Shown in pieces: positions 49,740 through 57,974 of a stretch of DNA of 64,000 bases. The translations under genes were made by a program, and so were the position numbers. Source of the stretch: an uncultured Oscillospiraceae bacterium. Lineage in GTDB: Bacteria > Bacillota > Clostridia > Oscillospirales > Feifaniaceae. Numbering within the stretch: position 1 is the stretch's first letter; each line of letters begins with the position of its first letter. Location of the stretch: contig CAYJIE010000001.1 of NCBI GenBank assembly GCA_964370145.1, forward strand, positions 24,705 through 88,704. The letters run 5' to 3'. The notes under the pieces are model-generated. The model was not told where the DNA came from, ran no database searches, and saw nothing but the letters and a program-made list of their open reading frames with translations.

Positions 49740-50198
49740 TTATTTCCCCTCCATTTTAAGTAGTAGCTTGATGAAAATTGACTCTTCAAAATTTTCCGCT
49801 AATGTGTAGTCAAGAGCATGTACACAAAAAATATCGTCCTCGACATTAATTGTGATTGTGCCTGGTGTCAATGTGATTGAATTTGCCAGCACCGTTTTTG
49901 CCATCTCGGTTTTAAGGGGCACTTTGAAAAAGACAATCTGTGGTTGAATGTCGATCTCTTTGTTTAGGACAAATTTAATTACTTGGAAATTTGACACTAC
50001 AATCTCCTTAGCTAGCACAACTATATATATAAGTATCCTAAAAAAATTGCGTAACATTTTTGCGTCATTCGGCTCATATTCAAGAAATTTAATCATGAAA
50101 TAGTAAACCGCAGCTGAAATGGCAAGCCCGAAAAGGCAAATCTCCAGAGTTATCTTTCCGTTTAGCACAATCCAGAGTAAAAAAAGCAAGATGAACAT
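49740..50198 (-). CDS. MrpE/MnhE subunit
   Basis: 152 aa from the ATG at 50198, after GGAGGG. Motif VLANSITLTPGTITINV. The track's 50285 start is an unsupported extension. Confidence 0.75.
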   Translation of the reverse strand: MFILLFLLWIVLNGKITLEICLFGLAISAAVYYFMIKFLEYEPNDAKMLRNFFRILIYIVVLAKEIVVSNFQVIKFVLNKEIDIQPQIVFFKVPLKTEMAKTVLANSITLTPGTITINVEDDIFCVHALDYTLAENFEESIFIKLLLKMEGK

Positions 50199-50304
50199 GT
50201 AATCCCTCCATTTTAACGTAAAAAAACCGCATAGGCAGAAGTATCTACATACACGGCATAACCGAAAAACTGTCTTTTTGAACAATAAATATTAAAGTAA
50301 TTTT

Positions 50305-50333
50305 AGTATATTCCTATTTATTGTAATTGTCAA
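50305..50333 (-). promoter_or_regulatory. sigma-A type promoter for the mrp-like operon
   Basis: Reverse strand: TTGACA (50333-50328), a 17-nt spacer, then TATACT (50310-50305). This implies a ~100-nt leader. Confidence 0.45.
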
Positions 50334-50363
50334 GGTTTTTTATGTATTTTTTACAATTATCTA

Positions 50364-50392
50364 TTGAAATTAGATGGAATATTTGCTATTAT
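50364..50392 (+). promoter_or_regulatory. sigma-A type promoter for serC-serA-DUF1015
   Basis: TTGAAA (50364-50369), a 17-nt spacer, then TATTAT (50387-50392). Confidence 0.45.
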
Positions 50393-50431
50393 ATACGAGG
50401 ACTATAAAAATCATTTATTTTCGGAGGGTTT

Positions 50432-51514
50432 ATGGACAGAATTTTCAATTTTTCAGCGGGTCCGGCAATGATGCCAGTATCAGTGCTTGAGCAAGCGGCA
50501 AAAGACATGGTGAACTACAAAGGTTGTGGTATGTCAGTCATGGAGATGAGCCACCGTTCACCTCAATATCAAGCGATTATCGACGAGGCTAACAGCGATT
50601 TGCGTAAGCTTATGGGAATTAGCGATGAATATGAAGTGTTGTTCCTACAAGGTGGTGCGACAACTCAGTTTTCGTCAATTCCAATGAATTTAGGCGCAAG
50701 AGGCGCAACAGCGTCATATGCTGTGACAGGCTCATTTGCTAAAAAAGCGATGCAAGAAGCACAAAAATGGGGAGATGTTGACATTGTGGGCGACTCTTCA
50801 GACAAGAACTTCTCATATATCCCTAAAATCGATGCAGCGAGCATCAATCCGGAGTCAAAATATCTCCATATTACAATCAACAATACAATCTTTGGCACAA
50901 TGTTTAACGAAATCCCTAAAGTTAATATACCTTTGGTGGCGGATTTGTCATCAATAATCCTCGGAAAACACTATGATGTAAATGATTTTGATCTAATATA
51001 TGCGGGCGCTCAAAAGAATATGGGACCTTCAGGTGTCACAGTTGTTATAATTAAGAAAAACCTAATCACGCCAGCGGCTGGTGATATCCCAACAATGCTA
51101 AGATATGACCTTGCGGCAAAATCAGGCTCAATGTATAACACACCACCATGTTATGGTATATATGTAGCAGGTCTTGTGTACAAATGGATGCTAGAGCAAG
51201 GCGGCGTTGCGGCTGTGCAAAAGCAAAATGAGCACAAGGCAGGTCTTTTATATGATGCAATTGAAGAGCTTTCAACATTTGCTCCAACAGCTAGAAAAGA
51301 AGACCGCTCACTCATGAATGTGACATTCACTTTGAATAGCGATGAAGCGACAGCAGACTTCATTAAACTTGCTTCTTCAAGAGGGCTTGCTAATCTTAAA
51401 GGACATAGAGATGTCGGCGGCGTGCGTGCAAGTCTTTATAATGCAGTGCCACTAGAGGGCGTGGAAGCTCTTGTAAACTGCATGAAAGATTTTGAAAGAG
51501 GAGTAAGAGCATGA
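50432..51514 (+). CDS. serC: phosphoserine aminotransferase
   Basis: 360 aa with N-terminal FNFSAGPAMMP, plus YAGAQKNMGPSGVTVVI containing the PLP lysine. Confidence 0.93.
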   Translation: MDRIFNFSAGPAMMPVSVLEQAAKDMVNYKGCGMSVMEMSHRSPQYQAIIDEANSDLRKLMGISDEYEVLFLQGGATTQFSSIPMNLGARGATASYAVTGSFAKKAMQEAQKWGDVDIVGDSSDKNFSYIPKIDAASINPESKYLHITINNTIFGTMFNEIPKVNIPLVADLSSIILGKHYDVNDFDLIYAGAQKNMGPSGVTVVIIKKNLITPAAGDIPTMLRYDLAAKSGSMYNTPPCYGIYVAGLVYKWMLEQGGVAAVQKQNEHKAGLLYDAIEELSTFAPTARKEDRSLMNVTFTLNSDEATADFIKLASSRGLANLKGHRDVGGVRASLYNAVPLEGVEALVNCMKDFERGVRA

Positions 51515-52680
51515 TTGGAATAAAGCTATATAACAATATCTCAGATATTATTTATAAGTTTTTGCCGAACAATCAATACAGTGTCGGTGAAGATGTCACA
51601 GATGCTAAGGGGATTTTGGTGCGCTCGGCAAAGCTCCATGATGTGGAGTTTGAGGACAGCCTCCTTGCGATTGCAAGAGCTGGGGCTGGCACGAATAATA
51701 TTCCAATTGACAGATGCACAGACCTAGGAATTGCAGTGTTTAACACTCCCGGTGCAAATGCAAATGCGGTTAAAGAGCTCGTTCTTTGCAGCATGCTACT
51801 TACAGGGCGTAAAATCGTGACCGGTATTGAGTGGATGAAAGAGCAAGCAAAACTTGGCACTCCAGACATCGAAAATGTGGTAGAAAAGCAAAAAAGCAAA
51901 TTTGCAGGTCCTGAAGTAAAAGGCAAGCGCCTTGCGGTTATCGGGCTTGGAGCAATCGGTGTTATGGTTGCAAATGGCGCGAAAAACGGTCTTGGTTGCG
52001 AAGTTGCAGGATATGACCCATTTCTATCAGTTGGGGCTGCTTGGAACTTGACAAGCTCAATTGAAAATGCAAAAACAATCACTGCTGTGCTAACAGACAG
52101 CGATTTTGTAACTTTGCATGTGCCACTAAATAAAAACACTGAGAACTTGATTAGCAAAAAAGAAATTGAATTGCTTAAAACAGGTGCTGTGGTAATGAAT
52201 TTCTCAAGGGGCGGACTTGTTGATGATGACGCTGTGCTTGAAGCACTTGACAGCGGAAAACTCCGTTACTATGTAACAGATTTCCCAAGTGAGAAACTCC
52301 TTGCAAATGAAAAAGTGATTTGCATTCCTCATCTTGGAGCCTCGACTCCGGAGTCAGAGGAGAATTGTGCGTCAATGGCAGCAGAACAAATCAAAGATTT
52401 CATTGAGAATGGAAATGTTGTTAACAGCATCAACTTCCCACCATGCGAACTTATGCGTAGCTCGGAGAATAGAATTACAGTGCTTAGCCGTATAGACAAT
52501 TCAATTCTTGGAGAGATAACATCAGCGATTTCATCTTTTGGATACAGCGTTGATAATATGATTAATAAGAGCAACAGCAAAGTTGCATATACCATTATTG
52601 ATTTGCCTGAGGGGCCATGCGATGACTGCGTGAAAAAACTCGAGGCGATTGAAGGCGTTGTGAAAGTGAGGATGATTTAA
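51511..52680 (+). CDS. serA: D-3-phosphoglycerate dehydrogenase (short form with a C-terminal ACT domain)
   Basis: 389 aa with the NAD fold VIGLGAIGVMVA and motifs NFSRGGLVD and HLGAST. The start overlaps the serC stop by 4 nt. Confidence 0.9.
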   Translation: MIGIKLYNNISDIIYKFLPNNQYSVGEDVTDAKGILVRSAKLHDVEFEDSLLAIARAGAGTNNIPIDRCTDLGIAVFNTPGANANAVKELVLCSMLLTGRKIVTGIEWMKEQAKLGTPDIENVVEKQKSKFAGPEVKGKRLAVIGLGAIGVMVANGAKNGLGCEVAGYDPFLSVGAAWNLTSSIENAKTITAVLTDSDFVTLHVPLNKNTENLISKKEIELLKTGAVVMNFSRGGLVDDDAVLEALDSGKLRYYVTDFPSEKLLANEKVICIPHLGASTPESEENCASMAAEQIKDFIENGNVVNSINFPPCELMRSSENRITVLSRIDNSILGEITSAISSFGYSVDNMINKSNSKVAYTIIDLPEGPCDDCVKKLEAIEGVVKVRMI

Positions 52681-53849
52681 TGAACACGAGAGAGAAATTA
52701 GCGAAATATGCGGTTGGTATTCCGAATATTCTCTTGCCCAAAAAAGGGCTTGACTACAATAAATTTTCAGCAGTGGCTTGTGACCAATTCACTTCCGACG
52801 AGGCATATTGGGAGAGAGTTGAAAAACATGTTGGTGATGCACCTTCAGCGCTTGGGCTTATGCTCCCTGAAGTATATCTTGAAAACGGCAGTGATGTGAG
52901 CACGAAAATGGCAGCGATTGGCGAGAACATGAAAAAATATGTAGCCAATGGCACATTAGAAGATATCGGCGAATGCTTTGTATATGTTGAGAGAGGTACG
53001 ACAACAGGCATGAGAAAAGGCTTAGTTGTTGCACTTGACCTTGATTGCTATGATTATACAGGCAAGTCAAACGCATTAATTCGCTCAACTGAGAAAACAG
53101 TTGTGGACAGACTTCCACCGAGAATTGACATCAGAAAAAAGGCGTCACTTGAAATGCCGCATATCCTTGTGTTAGTCGACGATGAAAACGATGTTTTGCT
53201 CGGCAAAACACAGGCATATTGCAAAGACAGCACACCTTTATATGACTTTGATTTGATGGAAGACGGCGGACATATTACTGGATACAGAGTTGACGGTAAA
53301 GGTTTTGACATCGTTGCGGACAGCCTTGAGGGGCTTGCGAACAACACGAATATTCTGTTTGCTATGGGTGATGGAAATCACTCATTTGCGGCGGCTAAAG
53401 AGTGCTGGGAGCAAATCAAGGCGACACTCTCACCAGAGGAGAGAGAAAACCATGTTGCGAGATATGCGATTGCGGAAATTATCAATTTGCGTGACGAGGC
53501 TTGCATGGTTGAGCCAATCCACAGAATTGTGTTCGGTGTAACAAAGGAGAAACTTGAGGCTGAACTCAATATCGATACGGATAACTTGCCACCATTACAA
53601 GAACTCCAACCAAAACTTGACGAGTGGATTAAAAATAACCCAGGCACAAAACTTGATTATATCCACGGCGAGAAAGAGACAAGAGAGCTTGCAAAAGATG
53701 GCAATGCGGTTGCGATTGTATATAAAGAATTTGACAAGAGCACATTGTTTGAAACAGTTGAGCGTGACGGCGTTCTTGTGAGAAAAACATTTTCAATGGG
53801 CGAAGCGAGAGATAAGCGTTATTATCTCGAGTGCCGCACTATTGTGTAA
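52680..53849 (+). CDS. DUF1015-family protein (function unknown)
   Basis: 389 aa. Its ATG overlaps the serA stop in a TAATG arrangement. The blocks LPEVYLE, AMGDGNHS and PIHRIVFG are as I remember them for DUF1015. Confidence 0.7.
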   Translation: MNTREKLAKYAVGIPNILLPKKGLDYNKFSAVACDQFTSDEAYWERVEKHVGDAPSALGLMLPEVYLENGSDVSTKMAAIGENMKKYVANGTLEDIGECFVYVERGTTTGMRKGLVVALDLDCYDYTGKSNALIRSTEKTVVDRLPPRIDIRKKASLEMPHILVLVDDENDVLLGKTQAYCKDSTPLYDFDLMEDGGHITGYRVDGKGFDIVADSLEGLANNTNILFAMGDGNHSFAAAKECWEQIKATLSPEERENHVARYAIAEIINLRDEACMVEPIHRIVFGVTKEKLEAELNIDTDNLPPLQELQPKLDEWIKNNPGTKLDYIHGEKETRELAKDGNAVAIVYKEFDKSTLFETVERDGVLVRKTFSMGEARDKRYYLECRTIV

Positions 53850-53877
53850 AAAAAACAACATTATAGTAACATAAAGT

Positions 53878-53911
53878 TAAAACAGTGTGGGTAACCCCCA
53901 CACTGTTTTTT
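53878..53911. terminator. bidirectional terminator
   Basis: AAAACAGTGTGGG, the loop TAACC, then CCCACACTGTTTTTT, between convergent genes. Confidence 0.75.
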
Positions 53912-53944
53912 GTTAGTATTAAAATGTTAGTACAAAATAAGAAC

Positions 53945-54517
53945 TCATAAATCAATACGCTCGCTCGCTTGGAGAAGTTCCGCCTCTTCGTCGCTGTGCG
54001 AGACCAAGATGACTGTTTTTCCTCTAGTTCGCTCCCTAATAACATTTGCGAGCTTGTCGCGCATTTTTTCGTCAATACCCTTAAATGGCTCATCAAGGAG
54101 GAGGACATCAAAATCAACGGAAAGTGCTCTTGCAATTGCCACGCGTCGGCGCATACCGCCTGAAAGTGTGTTGCAAGCCGCTTTTGTAAAGTTTTCAAGC
54201 CCCATATCGCACAAAATTGCTTCAATCTCATCAAGGCTTATGTCAGAGACAATGCGAATATTAGTTACGGCGCTTAAGTTTTCAACCAGCCTATCCTCTT
54301 GAAATACCGTGCTGATCTTACAATCAGCAAGTCCTTTAATTTCACCGCTGTCGGTAGGCAAGAGCCCCATTAAGATTCGGAGCAAGGTAGTTTTACCTGT
54401 GCCTGAGGGCGCTTTTATATAAGTGACTGTGCCGCCTTTTATAACTGCGTTGAAATTTTCAAAAACAACATTCTCACCAAAGCTCTTTGAAAGCGCGTTA
54501 ATTGTTATATCCATCAT
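53945..54517 (-). CDS. ABC transporter ATP-binding protein (compact, NitT/TauT-like)
   Basis: 190 aa with Walker A APSGTGKTT, Q-loop FQEDRL, signature LSGGMRRR, Walker B LLLDEP and H-loop LVSHS. Confidence 0.85.
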   Translation of the reverse strand: MMDITINALSKSFGENVVFENFNAVIKGGTVTYIKAPSGTGKTTLLRILMGLLPTDSGEIKGLADCKISTVFQEDRLVENLSAVTNIRIVSDISLDEIEAILCDMGLENFTKAACNTLSGGMRRRVAIARALSVDFDVLLLDEPFKGIDEKMRDKLANVIRERTRGKTVILVSHSDEEAELLQASERIDL

Positions 54518-55281
54518 GTGCTCCTCCCCGCATAAACTGTAATTTTATCAAGGCAGAGTATAAACAGCTTTTCAAAGAAAATGCTTAGAATGACCACAGT
54601 TAAAGTCCATGCAAAAATCCCTGCTGTATCGAAATATATCTTCGCATTGAGGAGATTGCCACCGATTGTATTAGTAGAAATCCCAATGACTTCCGCCGCG
54701 ACGCCGGATTTCCAACTAAGCCCGATGGTAACTGAAGTTGCCGCACGGAAATATGGTAAAACTTCAAAAAAATAGATATATCGAAGTCGCTTGGAAAAAG
54801 GGACTTGAAAGAGTTTTGACATCTCCAAAAGCTCTTTGTCAATGTTTTCAATACCAGTTAACATGTTCGTATAGACCACGGGGAAGACAATTAAAAAGCT
54901 GATGAAAATTGCGAGAGACTGCACTGAAAACCAAATCAGTGCTAAAATTACAAATGAGGCAACAGGTACCGCTTTGATCGTCTGCATCAACGGAAAAAGC
55001 AGATGACGGACAGGCTTGAAGTTCCAAGCGAGCACAGCGAACAAGGTGCCTGTTATGACGCCGATTATAAATCCGCTTGTAATTCTTACGGTTGTGCTTA
55101 TTACGGAAAGCCAAAAGCTGCTTTCCCAAAAGAGGGAAAGCAGTCTTTCAAGAACAGCGATAGGCGACACTAAGATAATGCTATTGCCGATTGCAGAGCT
55201 CGTGAGAGCCCACACGACCAACCAAAACAGCACCGCCTGCCATTTAATTTTGTCTTTGCTATTTTGCATAGTAGAAGGCAT
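54514..55281 (-). CDS. ABC transporter permease (NitT/TauT family)
   Basis: 255 aa and polytopic, with a BPD-type EAA-like loop. The start may be the Met at 55269. Confidence 0.8.
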   Translation of the reverse strand: MPSTMQNSKDKIKWQAVLFWLVVWALTSSAIGNSIILVSPIAVLERLLSLFWESSFWLSVISTTVRITSGFIIGVITGTLFAVLAWNFKPVRHLLFPLMQTIKAVPVASFVILALIWFSVQSLAIFISFLIVFPVVYTNMLTGIENIDKELLEMSKLFQVPFSKRLRYIYFFEVLPYFRAATSVTIGLSWKSGVAAEVIGISTNTIGGNLLNAKIYFDTAGIFAWTLTVVILSIFFEKLFILCLDKITVYAGRST

Positions 55282-56335
55282 CGTCAGGAATAGCGCCGCC
55301 TACGGACGCAGGATTTGCATCAAATAGCACTTCGAGATATCCGTTTAGTGATGTCTTCATCTCATCACCTACAATAAATACGATATTTGCATTTGGGATA
55401 GCATTTACTGCCACTGTCTCGGGAACGATTCCATAGGAGCCAATGATTGTAGCCGCCTCTGTTGGGTTTTCATTTGTATATACAATTGACTTCTCATAAT
55501 GAGATAGGAATGCTTCAACGGCCTGTGGATTTTCTTCAGCAAATGCAGTCCTAACGATTAGGACACCCGTTACAAGTGCCGCTGGGTTTTCAGGGTCTTG
55601 AACGCTGTTCCACTCATCTTCTAGGCTAAGTGCAACTTTAAGATTTTCATTTTGAGTTGTCGCAGTTGTCACAAATGGCTCAGGAAGCATACCAATTGCG
55701 TTTGGAGTTGATGCAAGTGCTGCTACAACTTCCGCATGTTCTGTTTTCCATTCGATTGTCACATCTGTTATGCCATGCTTCTCAAGTAGGTAGTTAAGAG
55801 AATATTCAGGAGTTGCACCCAGTCCAGAAGCATAAATAGTTTTGCCTGAGAGGTCAGCCATTGAGTTGATTGTCTCGCCATTCTCAACGATATAGAGAAC
55901 GCCGAGTGTATGGATTGCCGCAACTTGGATATCAAGATCAGGATTGTTGTAAAGCACTGCCGCAAGATTTGCAGGCACTGCCGCAAAGTCGACTTCACCT
56001 TTAACAATCATTGGTGCAACTTGATCAACCGCACCTGCGAGAGTGAAAGTATAGTCATTGTCGGTGAGTGTGCCAGCATCAGCATCACTCATGAATTTTG
56101 CCATGCCCATACCTGTCGGGCCGTTAAGTGCAACTGCGCGTACTGGGACTGGGAGAGCCGCCACAGGATTTTCACCTGTGTCAGCAGGGTCCATCTCGCC
56201 CTCTGTATCCGGTGTTTCTGCCTCAACATTTGGTGTTGGCTCAACACTGTCACCGCTTCCTGTGTCGCTTGAAGATGAACAGCTCGCGAACAGCACCGCC
56301 ATAATAATTAGCAGTAAGGGTAGTAGTTTTTTCAT
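55259..56335 (-). CDS. ABC transporter substrate-binding lipoprotein (NMT1/THI5-like fold)
   Basis: 358 aa with the lipobox LFASC, then a long acidic Ser/Thr/Pro linker, then a periplasmic-binding-protein-like body. Confidence 0.7.
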   Translation of the reverse strand: MKKLLPLLLIIMAVLFASCSSSSDTGSGDSVEPTPNVEAETPDTEGEMDPADTGENPVAALPVPVRAVALNGPTGMGMAKFMSDADAGTLTDNDYTFTLAGAVDQVAPMIVKGEVDFAAVPANLAAVLYNNPDLDIQVAAIHTLGVLYIVENGETINSMADLSGKTIYASGLGATPEYSLNYLLEKHGITDVTIEWKTEHAEVVAALASTPNAIGMLPEPFVTTATTQNENLKVALSLEDEWNSVQDPENPAALVTGVLIVRTAFAEENPQAVEAFLSHYEKSIVYTNENPTEAATIIGSYGIVPETVAVNAIPNANIVFIVGDEMKTSLNGYLEVLFDANPASVGGAIPDDAFYYAK

Positions 56336-56344
56336 ATTGTTCTC

Positions 56345-56995
56345 CTATCTTTTTACATTGTTCTTGTATAATAAACTTGAGAGTTCCTCAAGTTTTATTA
56401 TCTTGATCGTGCTTTGCGCCATCTCAATATAGCCTTCGTTTTGCAAGAAAGCAAGCTCGCGAAACAGCGCCGCTCTGCTTATACCGAGTACAGTCGCAAG
56501 TCTCTCCTTTGAGCAGTCCAACTGAACATTTCCGTCAGCACCTCTTGCTTGCAAGAAATATGCGATTAGCTTGTTTTTTGCAGATTCTGTCGTCAAAAGC
56601 TCAATCCTGCGCAAAAGAAAATTGATTTTGTCATTACAGTATTTCGCATAGATAAGAGCGAAATTCGGATTGCTTGCAATATGCTCAATGACATCGCTTT
56701 TCTTAATATAGAGGATTTCGACATCGCTTTTGCATTTTAGCACGGTTGGAAGCTCATTTTTTGAAAAAAGATTGCTAATGCCAAAGCAGTCACCTTGTCG
56801 AAGTTGACTCAAGCGGACACCTTTGCCATCATGGGCTACGGAAAACACTTCGATAACACCACTGCATATAATCCCAACGCAAGGGATGCCGCAAAAATCT
56901 TCCGTCACGAGCTCTCTTTTTTTGAACTTTCTACTGGTGAATAGCTCTTCACTCATCATGGAGTTTGCGAAAAGTGGGGACAATGAAATAGACAT
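56345..56995 (-). CDS. Crp/Fnr-family transcriptional regulator
   Basis: 216 aa with an N-terminal cNMP-binding beta-barrel and a C-terminal HTH (RLATVLGISRAALFRELAFLQNEGYI). It ends 9 nt before the binding-protein gene. Confidence 0.8.
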   Translation of the reverse strand: MSISLSPLFANSMMSEELFTSRKFKKRELVTEDFCGIPCVGIICSGVIEVFSVAHDGKGVRLSQLRQGDCFGISNLFSKNELPTVLKCKSDVEILYIKKSDVIEHIASNPNFALIYAKYCNDKINFLLRRIELLTTESAKNKLIAYFLQARGADGNVQLDCSKERLATVLGISRAALFRELAFLQNEGYIEMAQSTIKIIKLEELSSLLYKNNVKR

Positions 56996-57092
56996 AACAT
57001 CACTCCTCGTAGATAGTCTAGCATATTGTCAACAAAATGTCAAGAATAATCGTATCATATGAGACGGTTTTGCTCAGAATTGTTGATTTTGC

Positions 57093-57122
57093 TTGACTTA
57101 TTGATTTTCGTCATAGTATAAT
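57093..57122 (+). promoter_or_regulatory. sigma-A type promoter
   Basis: TTGACT (57093-57098), an 18-nt spacer, then TATAAT (57117-57122). Confidence 0.45.
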
Positions 57123-57155
57123 ATAATTTAGTTTAATGAGTTTGGAGGATTTGCC

Positions 57156-57947
57156 GTGGAGTGGAGTAAGGCAAAAAATATATTAATCCTCGTGTTGGTT
57201 TTCGCAAATATTGTCCTGCTGGCAAATCTTTTGAAAATGAATGATGATAAAACGCTTTTAGACGAGGATTACCAAGAAGATGCTGTCTCAATTCTTGAGC
57301 TTAGCAATGTCTATGTCGATGTTGAAACAATCCCCGATAGAATAAGCTCTTTGCCGGTGGTGCAAATTGATGCGACAGAGAATTTGCACTCATTTGCTAG
57401 GGCAGTTCTTGGCGATGTGGAATTGCTGCCAAATTCTGTTGAAGGTGCGACCATGTTTGAGAATGACAGTGGACGATTTTTAATTTCCGACAACTTTTCA
57501 TTCGAGTTTACGAGTACAGGCGAAATTGTGGAAATTGATGCTTTCATGACGACTGTGGGTTATGAGAGTGCGGATTTTGAGTTGCACACAGATGAAAATG
57601 GTGCAAATCTATTGTTGAACGGCGTGAGGGTGTTGGGCTTTGGCGCAAGATACAGTGACGAGGATATGGCTAGAATCAGCGGACAACTCTTTGGGATAGA
57701 AAATGTGGTCGAAGAGGATGTGCCGCTTAGAAATGCTGTGGATGCGCTTTTTGTACTCGCTGATTATTTTAGTATAGAGCAGGATTATAGCGGGGAGTTT
57801 ACAGTTAAAAGCATAGACTTTGTATACAGATACACATATAGTTCGCTGCAGGGTATGATTGTGTTAAACCCCACCTATTATATTGTTGGTGACAGTGGGA
57901 GTTATGGAGTGGACATGACCAGTCTTGAAGTAATAGCGTTAAATTAA
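57156..57947 (+). CDS. YycI/YycH-like membrane-anchored extracytoplasmic protein
   Basis: 263 aa with a GTG start after GGAGGA. The N-terminus MEWSKAKNILILVLVFANIVLLANL matches the characteristic YycI-type start (MDWSKxKxIFI...) followed by a single TM helix. Confidence 0.5.
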   Translation: MEWSKAKNILILVLVFANIVLLANLLKMNDDKTLLDEDYQEDAVSILELSNVYVDVETIPDRISSLPVVQIDATENLHSFARAVLGDVELLPNSVEGATMFENDSGRFLISDNFSFEFTSTGEIVEIDAFMTTVGYESADFELHTDENGANLLLNGVRVLGFGARYSDEDMARISGQLFGIENVVEEDVPLRNAVDALFVLADYFSIEQDYSGEFTVKSIDFVYRYTYSSLQGMIVLNPTYYIVGDSGSYGVDMTSLEVIALN

Positions 57948-57974
57948 ATTGTTAATAGATAGGACGGAGTTAAA

